Below are positions 1-12,605 of a stretch of DNA of 64,000 nucleotides, piece after piece. Made by a program: the position numbers and the translations under genes. This DNA comes from Asterias rubens (lineage: Eukaryota): contig NC_047063.1 in the NCBI RefSeq assembly GCF_902459465.1, positions 2,542,001-2,606,000 of the forward strand. The letters run 5' to 3'. Under the pieces are notes generated by a model. It did not search any database. It saw nothing but the letters and a program-made list of their open reading frames with translations, and had not been told where the DNA came from. Within the stretch, counting starts at the first letter, position 1. Every line of letters starts with the position of its first letter.

Positions 1-15
1 AATAATTGCCTTATA

Positions 16-428
16 GGGTACATGTACTTTTTCCTAACAAAAAACACAATGTCCACAGATATACATTAAACTTACACAGTTTGAAGATTATGATAGTAGA
101 AAGCTTCCCTTGACATTTTACTTACTGAGGTGCTGTAGTTTTTGAGAAATGAGTAAAAGTAATAATTTTCGTCTCAGTTTTAGCATGTAAAAACGTATAA
201 ACCAGTTATGCTATGGTTTTGGTATAATATCATAACTGGTTAAGGGGATTTTACATGCTAAAATAATTTTGGTCTCATGAGACCAAAACCATTGTGTGAC
301 TTGTTTTACTCATTTCTCAAAAACTACACAACCTTAGTTAGTAATATTTGAAGGGAAGCTTTCCACTATCATTATCTTCAAACCCTGTAAGTTTAATGTA
401 AATCTGTGGACATTTTGAAAAAGTACCC
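16..428. mobile_element. Fold-back MITE with long terminal inverted repeats
   Basis: GGGTAC..AATGTCCACAGAT..TACATTAAACTTACA at the left is mirrored by TGTAAGTTTAATGTAAATCTGTGGACATT..GTACCC at the right. Confidence 0.6.
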
Positions 429-430
429 GA

Positions 431-805
431 AAAGAAACGTTACAGAATTGGTAAGAAACAAAATTGTGAAGATCAAAAATTCACATGAAACTTACACGGT
501 CTAATGATGAAAGTAGAAAACATCCCTTGAAATGTTTCTGTCTGAAAGTTCATAATTGATGAGAAGTACCTTATCTAGTTTCGCGTTTGGAGTTTATCGC
601 TCAGTGAGCATTTAATTAATTATTTTTTGCATCGATGTCATGCAAAATGTTTAATCGGTTTTTCACTATTTTCTAGTGACCCAGTTGGCTGATCGCTCTC
701 AAACTTCTCCAGGTTTGTCAGTTTATGTACATGGTGGATTACATTAAGTGCTTACACTGCCAGCAAATGTTTTGTAGCAAAACCAATTCTGTAATGTTCC
801 TTTAA
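431..805. mobile_element. Kolobok/T2-like MITE (family C)
   Basis: TIR (A)AAGGAACATTACAGAATTGGT / ACCAATTCTGTAATGTTCCTTTAA ending in TTAA; partial copy near 27807. Confidence 0.55.
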
Positions 806-1678
806 ACTTTTCACCTAAGTTTACTTTGTGTACTCAGCCAGAAAGACATTGATTGACTCTAGAGCCTCCAAAAGAAAGCAGCCTGACTTGTGTTTCCTGA
901 ACCATTAAACACTGCACTTATAATGACATCAAATGACACTCCTCATCTGGGCATTAAGTTATGGCTCTGCGTACTAAATTGACGCATGCTGGTGCAGGGA
1001 ATTCTGTGCTTACGTCAAGCGTATTTCACGGATAAGCAATGAATTTTGGCTTGTGCTTGGCATACTCCACATTACTAGGCATTCTAGGCTTACACAGCTA
1101 ACACAGAAATTTGGTGCATCAAGCGTATAGAGTTGTGATCCTCGGCGCAGAATTTGGCGATAAGCAGAGATATGAAATTGGGCCCTGTAGGGTTGCTGTT
1201 GCTGTCAGTTATTTATAGAAAATGCAAATTTCAAAACGAGAAGTTCTTAATAAATTTGTACACCTTGACTTGGGCTCAGGCTTTTGCCCTGGCTCTGGTC
1301 TCCGATTGATGTTGGAAACACACCATACAAAATGTACACTGCTCCAAAACAGATGGCGGAGCCCAAGCCGGAGTAGGAGCCCAAGCCGAGGTTTAGAAAG
1401 GCCCACAGGGCAAAGTTTGAAAAATATGTTGAAAGTAACAAAACTATTCTTCTCAGAAAAAAAAAAATCACAGGCATATTACTCGGGTGGGATTCGAACC
1501 CATGACAGTGTCATACCTACAAGACCACCAAGATTGCCAGGTAGCTAGAGGTAGTTCGAATCCTATGTTTGAGCACAGATCTCGGGAAAGTACTGAGAAC
1601 ACAGTGTTATTACACATTGGTGTACAACGATGAAACCAAAATTAGTATTTGTTATTCCTGATGCAAACTTAACATCTA

Positions 1679-2313
1679 TTAAAGGCAGTGGACACTATTG
1701 GTTATGACTCAAAACAATTATTAGCATAAAACCTTACTTGGTAACGAGTAATGGGGAGAGGTTAATAGTAAAAAACATTGTGAGAAACAGCTCCCTCTGA
1801 AGGACCTTTGTTTTCAAAATGAAGTAATTTTCCACAAATTTGATTTCAAGAACTCAGAAGTAGATTTTGAGGTCTCGAAATCAAGCATCTGAAAGCACCC
1901 AACTTCATGTGACAAGGGTGTTTTTCTTCCATTATTCTCTCGCAACTTCGTCGACCAATTGAGCTCAAATTTTCACAGGTTTGTTATTTTATGCATGTGT
2001 TGAGATACACCAAGTGAGGAGACTGGGCCCAATTTCATGGCTCTGCTTACCGCCGAATTCTGCGCTTACGACCACGATTCCCCGCTTACGTGCAAATGCC
2101 GAATTTCTGCGCTAGCCTTTTAAGCGTAGAATGCCTATTAAAGTGGAGTACGCACGCGCAGAAGCCAAAATTCGTTGCTAGCCCGTGAAACACACTTGCT
2201 GTAAGCACAGAATTCTCTGCTTCCATAAGCGCCGATTCCGTGCTTACGGTAAGCAGAGCCATGAAATTGGGCCCAGGTCTTCGACAATTACCAATGGTGT
2301 CCAGGGTCTTTAA
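1679..2313 (+). mobile_element. Kolobok/T2-like MITE family A, interrupted by a Harbinger-like MITE at 2026-2273
   Basis: TTAA|AGGCAGTGGACACTATTGG left TIR and CCAATGGTGTCCAGGGTCT|TTAA right TIR; body matches the other family A copies. Confidence 0.8.
2026..2273. mobile_element. PIF/Harbinger-like MITE
   Basis: TIR GGCCCAATTTCATGGCTCTGCTTACC / GGTAAGCAGAGCCATGAAATTGGGCC, flanked by CTG and CAG. Confidence 0.7.
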
Positions 2314-2329
2314 AACTAGTTCACTGTAC

Positions 2330-5300
2330 CTTTTTGCGAAGCTCTGTTCTATCAAGGGATATCATGGAGACCAGGACAGTGCCAGCAACAAACTCAGAAT
2401 AGTCCATCAATTCGTAGGATGTGAACGTTGAGACTGTATCCAAGAAGAACGTGGCAGCGCTCTTAAAGTCTCGCACCGACATCTTATAGATTCCTTGGTA
2501 CACTTTGAGACGATTTCTTCTGTCCCAATCACCACCTTCATCGATCATACTGGAGAGGTAGGGATCAAAGCAATGAGGACATTTAAGATTTCTTTTTCGT
2601 TGCAATCAAAGTAAACGAAGTTTGAGTGATTGTTATTTCAGTAAGATACTTCTGGTAATGAAACCAAGGATGCCTCATAAGTGAACTTAATCACAGTAGC
2701 ATGCAAGGCTGAGGAAACCTATAATGTAGGTGCTTTATATGTGGACCAGACACACCAGGGTAAACCCAGAGATGCCAAGTCCAGAGGCCAGCTATGCGTG
2801 AGATTTTTCATAGCTACCGATCCTAGCACACAGGACACGTACATGTTCGGCTTAATGTCTCCTCAAGCAATTATGGTAAAGTATTCCAAGACACAAGTGC
2901 TATGATCGGGACTCGAACCAACACTTTCACTAAAAACACCCGAGCCTGAATCTGGTGCTCTTAACTGCTCATCCACAAGGTCTTCCAATGTTATTACAGT
3001 TTCCTCCAAAATCAAGTAACTTTGCAAATACATGTATTCTGAACCCCCACTCTGCTGATCGGAAATACCAGAGCTTGGGACCAGTGAGCTTGGGACCAGT
3101 GAGCTTGAGCTCAGTGCGCTCGACTGCTCGGCCACAACATCCCTTAGAGTGCAGTATTAGTTATTATATGTGGAGTGTGCTTGTTGTTTTTGTTTTCTGA
3201 AGCTACTTACTCTTTTGCCTTGTCAATATTCCGAATGATGAGGTCATTGTCTAGCCAGAACAGGCCAACTCTTATCAGGTGGAATATGATGTCAAGCCGG
3301 TGACCCAGAGCTATGGTTTTATCAAACGCTTTTCGGAACGCTGTCAGACAAGCCTCCTATTGGAGAGGAGGGAAATCAAATCATCGAATGTTAATAACTG
3401 TAATCTTCTGCGTATAAGCTGCAACTAGTCAGTGATTTTTGCCCTCAATAAGTTTCCTGCAGCTTATACGCTAAATTTTATATTAAAGAACTAAATATAG
3501 TGAACATTTAAGCTTGGTAAAAAAAAAAGAATGTGAAAAAAAACTTTTTTTTTTAACAAAAAAAAATAAAAATCTGCAAAATCACAATATTGTGACTAGG
3601 CCTAATTGTGACGACGGGTGAGTAGTGAGACCCTAGATAGAATAATTAATGAACAAATGAAGAACGCCACCTAAATCATGGGCAAATCTTGCAGTTGTCT
3701 ATTTAGCCTGAGTAACTAACAATATCGGCCGCTTGTCTACAAATGGTCACTTTATCTATACCTAAAACTAACAGTATTAATTTTACGCCACTAGGCCTGT
3801 TGGACACCCCTATTAAACAAACTTTCAAAAGTAAACTTTTCTAATCTTGTATCTATCTACCTATCTAACCATCTATATAAAATCATTCAGTCCCAAAGGT
3901 AAATAAAACAACTTTATGAATAAAAGTTGGCAGGAACACTTTGTGAAATCATTGAGCTAGGTTGTTTGTGTACGTAGCAATAAATCATTTTAATGACACA
4001 ATTAATGCAATGAATGTAAAACAATTGTTATATGAACTACGGATGATTAAGAAGTGTAAAGTAAAAGACAAGAAAGTTCAACACATGTTTGCAAATAAAG
4101 GTAACATTTAGCACTTCGTAATTATATACAATGAGTAGAACGAAGATTGACCACAGGGATTCACTTTTAAATAAACAACAACATTTACTAGAACTTAAAC
4201 ATATGAAAACAATAAGCCAGCCAATCACTTGTATGGCTGTCGTGTTTTGCATCTGAAACAAGCAAACAAACATGACCAACAACATCATCAGAAAATGATC
4301 AAATCTCATGAATCAAAAGTACAGCAAGAAGAAAAATAGCAAGACAAGTTCTCAAAAACAAATATATACACACATCTTTGTTGGGCAAAGTTATATACAC
4401 ACTGTGATATCACAAAATAAATATGCAAACAACAAGGCAATTATTTCATAAACAATATCATATTCAACATTACATACAATAAAATATTCAAAAGACAATT
4501 CTTGAAAATTATAGCATTTCAAATGACAACGATGCTTTTAGATAATTCCTTCGCATGCAGGCATGAGAGTAACTATCCATGAAAGAAGAAGAAGAGAAAA
4601 CCGGGCAAGAAAAAAAGAGAAAAAGATAACTTTCCTTTACTTTTGTACACAGAAAGTAAAGAAATAAGTGGGGAAATCAAAACCAAAAGAGAGGAAATCA
4701 GCGGATTGTCTTAAAATACATTAGAAAATCTCACATGCCTGCACATGGTACATGTCCACTACAAGCAATCAGCAAGTCTGTTTTTTTTTCTAACAAGAAT
4801 AAACCACAAGGGAAACTGACTGGGTTTATTATTTTAAACAATACAGGGTCGACCAAAGACAACTTTACTAGAGTGGGATTTGAACCAACAACGTCAGGAT
4901 AAACTTGCCGACGCTCTACCAACCGAGCTATACTAGCCCTCCTACATGTATAAACACGTCTCTTTGCTCCTACAAAAGGGAGACTACCAACAAAGGGCTA
5001 GATAGCTCAGTTAATCCCCCAATTGTTTTCTTGTAAGAAAGGAACAATACACTGAAGTAAACCTACTTTTTCTCCAATGCGACACAGGTGCTCTGCTTTT
5101 CTCAAGAAGGCATCTCGGACCTCTGTCTCTCCCAGGTTTTGTTCTGCATCTTCAAGAGTAGCATCTAGTTTCTTCAGCTCCTCAGCATTGACCTCTTTCA
5201 TCTTCTTCAGGAGGGCAGCATCGGGCTTCCAGTTCAGCTCTTTACAAACCTCTTCATAGTATGGGGCCATGTCTGTGAGAAAGAAAAAAAAGACATTACG

Positions 5301-8046
5301 TTAACTTAATTCTACAAATAAGATGATATTTTGTTGGGATCTTTATGATATGAGGCATCGATAAGATATCAAGATATTGAAAGGCCTTGATAAGTTGGAC
5401 AACAGAAAATTCTTCAGAACATCAGACATAACCACAACAAGACGTCACTCTCTCAACCTCTTCAAGCCATCCCTGAAGAAAAACATTGGATGCAGGAAAA
5501 AATTTCTTCAAGGCAGTGCGGGCGCGCTGCGTTTACATTGCCCGCCGTCTGTTCACTCATCATGGCATGGCCCGCTCGCTAAGCTTGGGCGATATGACGA
5601 TATTATCGAATATCGCGATATTAATTTGGAAACGATTTCGATATCGGATGGATTTGGTTTTAATCGAAGTATCGATATCGCGATATCGATTAAATATCGC
5701 GATGTATTTCCTAGCTGAGACATCTTGCACCCCATAGGTTTGGAGTCAAACCAGAAGAATATGTCTTTAGAACACCTCTCCTATGCTATGACTGTCTCTT
5801 CTACAACTTTCACTTGGAGTTTGAAGACTGATGATGTCAAATTTCATTAATCGCGATTATATCGAATATCACGATATATTGTCGGCGATATACATGTATC
5901 GTGAATAAAATAAATCGATATCGCCCAAGCTTAGCGCTCGCGCTGCAGCACTGCAACATTGTAACACCCCTTTCACCCCTGGCGGCGTCGGGAGGAGGGT
6001 TAGTTATCGCAACTACTGCTAGCATGTGATGTGAGTACTTCTAGAAACTATAAGGCTCCCCTGTGAGCCTTTTAGGGGTCTCATATTTAGGGCCTCCTTA
6101 ACGCTATACGTTTTTCAAATCAGCGTTGATGGGTGAAAGTTTTATGACCGTTAGCCAGCCAGAACTGACTGAAGTTTCCTGTGTACTGTACACCTAAAGC
6201 TTTCCCCAAACTACTCAATATACATTCATAATGCGTGCATTTCCTTTTTGTTGAGTGAAATTAAAAAACATCGTCAAAAAAAAAAAAATTCTGCTCGGTA
6301 CTCACTGTTGTTTTTCTCCCGTTTTTCTTTTACTCACATGTTCCTTGTAGTTGGAAATCAAAGTTCGCATTATTTAAAATTGTTGAATTTTCTCCTTTGG
6401 TGTTAATATTTTGTGAAAAGAAAATTGAAATTAGCGTGTTCCGATCCCACGTCGTGCACTAACTTCCGTGTAAACACTTTCTTGCACTGATCACTGGCGG
6501 CCTACTATTTGCAGCCAAATCGCTGTCAACCTGCGTTAACCAAACACTGAGCAGATGGATAATAGTCAGTGAGCAATTTACACAAAGCGCAGAACTATGC
6601 GATACCGAGCATTGACGTCTTGTGCTAAGACTACATGAGCCGGAAGTGTTTTTTTTTCCTAGGACAAATGAGGCCACTTTTTACCATAAATTAGCGCATG
6701 CTAACCATCCCAAGAAAAAAAATATACGCACGCAGGAAGCACCGTGAAAAAGCAAGACAGCGGCAGACGATTTTGCTGCACGAATTATTATTATTTTTTT
6801 TCACAAGAAAAAAAAGTTGATATTTGTAACCGAAATTCAACCTGAAAATTATAAAAATTCTATTTGAGCTGGAATATTTTATGCCTCCTGGATTTAAAAA
6901 TGTATATTGGAGGAGTTGAAGGCGAGTTAACGGCACCTACCCTGTTTTGACGGCGAATAGCGGCAAGATAATGCACTGTACTCAAAGCCATGCGCACTTG
7001 GGCTCACACTATCAAGTGGTACACGATGATCAACATCGCCAGTGCAGAACTTCGACATATTTTCGGATATAATTTCTTCAATGGATATATTTGTTAGCTG
7101 TGAACTCGTTGAGAATATAGTGAGGGACACTATGAATATATGAACAGAATTTCAGCTTCTCAATTCAGGTAAAAAATAAAGAAAATTGTAGTCAAACTTG
7201 CGTTCGCATTGTAAAGAACCTTTATACCCAGGACGTCAGTGCAGCTGCACCGACGTCCTGGCAGTGGCACTGACTGACGTCCTACCAGGGCTAGAAACTT
7301 CAGTCAGTTCTGGCTGGCTAACGGTTGTAAAACTTTCACCCATCAACGCTGATTCGAAAAACAAATAGCGTCAAAAAGGCCCTAAATATGAGACCCCTAA
7401 TTTCTAAAGGCTCACAGGTGAGCCTTTTTGTAGTTTCTAGAAGTAGTGAGTAACTATCCATGAAAAAAGAGGAAAAGAGAAAACTGGAACGAGGAAAAGA
7501 TACTATGCCTATACTTTTGTACACAGAAAGTGAAGAATAAAAGAGGAAAGTCAACTCAAAACCAAAAAAGGGGAAATCTTCTGAAAAGATCTCACATCAT
7601 GATTACAATTACATAAATACATGCCTGAAAAAGTACGAGAATTTGGGTCTCAATTCAGCAGAACTGTGCAACAGGGTTAAATACAACTCTTTGCAACAGG
7701 GTTAAATACAACTCTTTGACATGTTTGAAAACATGTAAAACTTAAATTCAAATTGGAACACTTACAAGCAAAACAAATAAAATTGAAAGAGTATTTTTTT
7801 ATCACGAAATTGGTTATGGACTTTCTAATGAGAATGACTCAACGTTAACGCACGACTTACAAAAGAGAAATGAAAACATGTGTCATAAAACTTACTGTTA
7901 CGTTTGATACCATCCATGAGAGATTTCGCTTCCTTCGAGTTAGCATCATTTTTGAACTCGTCTAATGTGAGAAGAAATTTCAACTGAGCAAGACTTAAAT
8001 CTGGGTTCTTTTCCAGCCCTTGCTCTTCCAAGTTGTCGGACGGCAT
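2330..8046 (-). CDS. PSMD6: 26S proteasome non-ATPase regulatory subunit 6 (Rpn7), 5' part, 4 exons; 3' exons outside the window
   Basis: Exons 8046-7896, 5272-5067, 3356-3211, 2549-2330 with GT-AG sites and matching phases. Spliced protein [84 protein letters not shown] closely follows the recalled vertebrate PSMD6 sequence. Confidence 0.97.
4850..4940 (-). mobile_element. tRNA-derived SINE head (family 2); similar copies at 27012-27105 and 37118-37205
   Basis: A box TAGCTCGGTTGGTAGAGCG and B box GGTTCAAATCCC followed by the shared non-tRNA tail ACTCTAGTAAA.TT.TCTTTG; no acceptor stem. Confidence 0.6.
5580..5933. mobile_element. hAT-like MITE
   Basis: TIR TAAGCTTGGGCGATAT / ATATCGCCCAAGCTTA, ATCG-rich subterminal repeats, 8 bp TSD CCGCTCGC/GCGCTCGC (7/8 match). 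Confidence 0.75.
6036..7445. mobile_element. Unclassified 1.4 kb non-autonomous TIR element
   Basis: About 145 bp inverted arms (6036-6179 and 7292-7445) beginning TACTTCTAGAAACTA; direct repeat GTGAG at 6031-6035 and 7446-7450. Confidence 0.7.
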
Positions 8047-8110
8047 TTTAATGTCTTGCGAATTCAATGGCGGTGCGCGTGCGTATAGCGAGTGTTAACC
8101 TTGTTCCCCA
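8047..8110 (-). promoter_or_regulatory. PSMD6 5' UTR/core promoter region
   Basis: CpG-containing stretch just upstream of the ATG with a YY1-like AATGGCGG and an NRF1-like TGCGCGTGCGTA; motif match only. Confidence 0.4.
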
Positions 8111-9508
8111 AAACATTGCGGCTTGTCACAGACGGCATTACATTTTGGTTATGGGGTCGAACATGTAGGTAGCACCGTCCAACATTTTGAAAACGAAGTT
8201 GTGTTCTTTGTGGCCGATGGCGTCAGTAATACGACGACTGTTTTGTGCAATTTAATTTAGAGTTTGTGATTTCCATTTTACTTTTAGAGAACTGCATTTT
8301 CCAACAATTAGGATTTTTAACAATTCATTTTTAGGTGAGTAGTTTGGTTTTGATTCAGCGCCGAAAGTAGGGTTGCATTTTAGAGAGGGGGGGGGGGGCA
8401 TTTCATTATTATCTCGCAATTTCGACTACCAATTGAGCTCAAATTTTCACAGGTTTGTTATTTTATGCATATGTTGAGATACACCACTCTATGGATACAC
8501 CAACTGTGAAGACTGATCTTTGACAATTACCAATAGTGTCCAGGGTCTTTAAACCCTATTCATAAATTGCCATTTCCTAATCTGCCCTGGAGATTAAAAA
8601 AAAGCACTGTCTGCATAAAGATAACCAACAATTATTTAAAAACAAGGAAAATGCTGCATAAAAGCTCAGAAATTTTATTTTTTAATTACACCACTGACAC
8701 AAGTATTGATCCAAGAATACCCTGAAACAAAAACCCTGAACTAACACAAGAAATAAGTGGTCAGCAAAGTTAACATGTACAGTAACATTGAAGTCCGCAC
8801 TTTAATGGTTGATTCAATGTATTTTTTAAACAAGATGAATGAGTACACTTAACAACATCTTGAAAATGAAGGTTTCAATATCACAAATTCTGCATCAATT
8901 ATCTTGGAATTATGCTCCTCTTTCAGGCATGCAACTGCTTGTGAAAAAAAAAGAGGACAATTTTCAAAGGCACAACTCGAGTACGGAGCGAGGCAGCCGA
9001 AACGCCATGGGACATGATACCCACAATGGTACCCTAGAAAATGTTGAGGTTTATTATGCTCTTATAGGTGCATTGTTAGCATGTACTAGGCTTATTTTAC
9101 ATGATTTTAGTTGTACACTGTTGTTGCCAGGCATATATTAGGCACAACAAAATCTGATTTTTTTTTTTTCACGTTTACAAAAACCACAAAAACGTGGAAT
9201 TCCGCGGAAACGCAGAAGAGTTGCATGCCTGATATTTGAAGACATGGGCGTATCCGAATATACAGTTACGGCTACGACTATATTTTTCTCGTCCTCATGT
9301 GTTGAGATTAGAGTACATCCTTAGATCATAGATGTAGCCACCGGTTCGGAAGCACTCCGTTCACACAACGTTGTTGTTCGTTCACACAACAACGACAATT
9401 AGAAAATTATTATCTTTTCACACATTGAAACAATGATTACTGCAGGTAGGCATGTACTTAAACAAAAAAATTTAAATGATATAAAGATTTAATTTAGAGT
9501 CTATCATG

Positions 9509-12312
9509 CTACGAGTCTGGTAACACGCCCCTAGGAGGTTTTAATGAGCGGTCACATATGTCTCTGAATTTGCCTCGGAGTTCCTGTGGAAGGGGTACCA
9601 GTCCAGGGCAGGGTACTTGGCCAGGGATCTCACATATGCACTTTCTCAGATAGCCATCTCCAAAGTGGGCTGGATTGGATCGACTCTCTTGGGCTTTGCG
9701 TTCTCTTTCTAACACCTCCCTGTGAAGAACAAACATAACATTTGATACAATGAGAAGGTATGAATGAGGTTAGGTTTGCGCAAATCAACTAAACGAGTGT
9801 GAAAGAGTGCGAAGTCTCCTTGAATACATACATTTATCTTTCGCTGTGATCTGGGTTGTTAAAGGCAGAGGACACTATTGGTAACTACTCAAAATAATTA
9901 TTAGCATAAAACCTTACTTGGTAACGAGTAATGGGGCGAGGTTGATAGTATAAAATCTTGTAAGAAACGGCTCCCTCTGAATGTGTTTGAGAAAGAAGAA
10001 ATTTTCCACGAATTTGATTTCGAGACCTCAGATTTAGAATTAGGGGTCTCGAAATCAAGCATCTGAAAGCACACATCTTCATGTGACTGACAATGGTGTT
10101 TTTTCTTTCCTTATTATCTCTTAACTTCGAAGACCAATTGAGCTCAAATTTCCACAGGTTTGTTATTTTATGCATATGTTGAGATACACCAAGTGAGAAG
10201 ACTTGTTTTTGACAATAACCAATAGTGTCCAGTGTCGTTAAATATGGTTTTTATCTTCATTTTCTCTAATATGAATTTGATCTAAGTTATAAAATACTGG
10301 TAAAGGGCACCCGTTGCGGAAATTGTAAATTTCTACCAGAGCATTTCAAGGGCATCAAGGCAATAACCAGGGGGCATATAGGCAATCAACTTCATTGCCT
10401 CAATGAAGTATCAGGCTTGCTGACAGTTTACTTTCATAGCCAAGGCGAATAATAATTTAACAATATAAAAGGTAGATATTTATATAAATAAAAATATAAA
10501 AGGTAGAAATTTGGGAATGATTTATAAAAAAAAAAAAACAGAACAAAATAATCTTGAGCGACAAATCTACCCCAAAATAGTGAACTGTTGTAGTTTGTAG
10601 TCCTACTTAGTACTTACTCAGATTTTCCAAGTACTTTATTGAGGTGTTCAATGATTTCTAGGTTGCTTTTACTGTCTGTGTCTATCAACACTTCACCATC
10701 TTCACCTGAAGAAAACAAAAACCATAAACCTTCAGAAAAATTTAAGTTCAAAGCTATATGATAAGAAACCATACGTGTAAACTACACAAATGGTAAGAGT
10801 ACGTCACCAGTGTTGTAGCCACAATGGGCGATGCTGGGCAGCCCTGCCATAGACTCAAAAGTTTTGCCCAGCCGTCTCCGCAAAATATATTGTGCCGCCC
10901 AGCACAAAATTAAAAATATTGTCCACTGTGTGCATTGATCTGAGACACAGCTAGCGATAAGGAGTATCAAATATCACAGAGAAAGATACACAGTCAAAAG
11001 GCCTCTCAACTTTGTGTATGGCCCAATACACAAACAGTTGCCCATGGTCTTGACCTTGGTGCCCCTTAAAAAAATCTACCCCATTGACTTCCCAAGATTT
11101 TCCAATGGAAGTGCCCTTTTGCTAAATGAAAATGGCCTAGCTCTTTTGAAGATGGAATTCCAGGCCTGGGCCAGTCACTGAAAAAGTTAAAACAGGGATC
11201 ATTTTTCTTTTGGTTTGTGTTTTACCTAGAAAACATCTGATGAAAGGCGATGGTGTGATATTCTTGAAAGTTTTCATTTGAATGGAAGGATTCTTGAACT
11301 GGAGCTGAGGTAGATTGTAGAATACGAAGTCTCTGAAAACAAGAAAGAAAACAATATTTTAGAAGGAAATATACTGAATCTGACCTTTACTTTTTTATTT
11401 TTACTGACCGAAATTTATTGTGACAAACAAATTAAAAGTAATTATAAATAGGGGCTAGTAATATAGACTGTGTTCCAATATTAACCAAAATATTAAGAAG
11501 ATTGCCGCTTTTGGTCCGATCCTGACCTAACCCTCAATCCTCCGTTCCAATGAGACAGTGAGGGGGATACAGGGTGGCCATAATATCACGACTACTTTTA
11601 ATCATAATTTTTTTTTTTACCAGAATAAAATTTAGCAAACATCAAATAAGCGGTTTTGTTCTAATTGCAAAGAACATAACCTAAACCATCCTCCCAATGG
11701 TCGCAGAGGAGGATGGAGGATAATCAGATTCACAATTATCACACCTTATTATCGGAAAAGTAAATGCTGCGGTATATTTTAATAGTTGTTAACAACAAAT
11801 ACACCAAAAAATTGTAGTAAGTTGTTTATGCTGCGGTATATTTTAATAGTTGTTAACATCAAACACACTGAAAATCTGTAGTGTAAAGAAAAAAAAGTGG
11901 CTTATGCTAGCTGGATACAGCCTAACTTTTTCTATCCTGTATTACAGGATAGAAAAAGTTTGTGCAACCATTTTTATTTTTCCATTTATGAAGAAGGAAC
12001 CAACTTACAACAAACAAACGTAACGGTAATGAAAAATCATATGTAAATAATGTAAATGAAGACTTAAGAGCCAAGTACCCTAAGAATGAACCATATAATA
12101 ACAACATTTGAAAAACACATAAAGGGCAAACATGAAAATACTGAGGGGAAAAAAATGAAATTTTGAAAAACTACTAACCTTGTTCCTTTACTCGGCATTC
12201 CAAATGTGTTAAAGTTTATAATCAGGATTTTTACATCGTCCTTCAAGTAGACACTGCCTTGCTTAAGATATCTTAATGTCCGCCTCAGCGGAAAGCGACC
12301 TTTCATCGGCAT
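9509..12312 (-). CDS. MRPS25: Mitochondrial small ribosomal subunit protein mS25, 4 exons
   Basis: Exons 12312-12179, 11332-11226, 10705-10618, 9719-9509 (phases 2,1,2). Protein starts [16 protein letters not shown], contains [15 protein letters not shown] and ends with [30 protein letters not shown], the MRPS25 signature. Confidence 0.96.
9859..10241 (+). mobile_element. Kolobok/T2-like MITE family A
   Basis: TTAA-flanked, about 380 bp, TIR AGGCAG.GGACACTATTGGTAA. Confidence 0.8.
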
Positions 12313-12605
12313 TTTGAGAGCGTGTTTTGAGTAACTTTGGCCTACACTTGCTCCTTTTTTTATACATACAGTGCGCATGCGCTTTGTAAAGTTTTTATCA
12401 GTCCAATTCAATAACTTATTTTACATTAACTCAATGTTGTTTTATTAATTCCAATTTAATAATTTATGAAAAATTTAAAACAAACAAGATCAAATTTAAT
12501 ATTTGGTGGAATCTTAAAATGAAAAATTAATGTAAATTTAGATTTAAACGTAAACTAATAATTTATTGAATCGTGAAATGATCATTGAAGTTACAAGATG
12601 GCGGC
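12313..12605. promoter_or_regulatory. Bidirectional promoter shared by MRPS25 and ARMC10
   Basis: Divergent ATGs 285 bp apart; NRF1-type TGCGCATGCGC at 12372-12382; YY1 consensus CAAGATGGCGGC at 12594-12605 overlapping the ARMC10 ATG. Confidence 0.7.

Noticed and set aside
1-2329. Remaining PSMD6 exons (VIKGAEILEVLH onward)
   Set aside because: Not found; this stretch is mostly MITE and SINE sequence, so the exons are presumably left of the window.
9885-10175. Recurrent ORFs such as [22 protein letters not shown] (also 21169-21432, 22884-23136, 44546-44806, 45973-46191, 58039-58224, 59582-59938)
   Set aside because: All lie inside copies of the non-coding family A MITE; frames differ between copies and there is no transposase motif.
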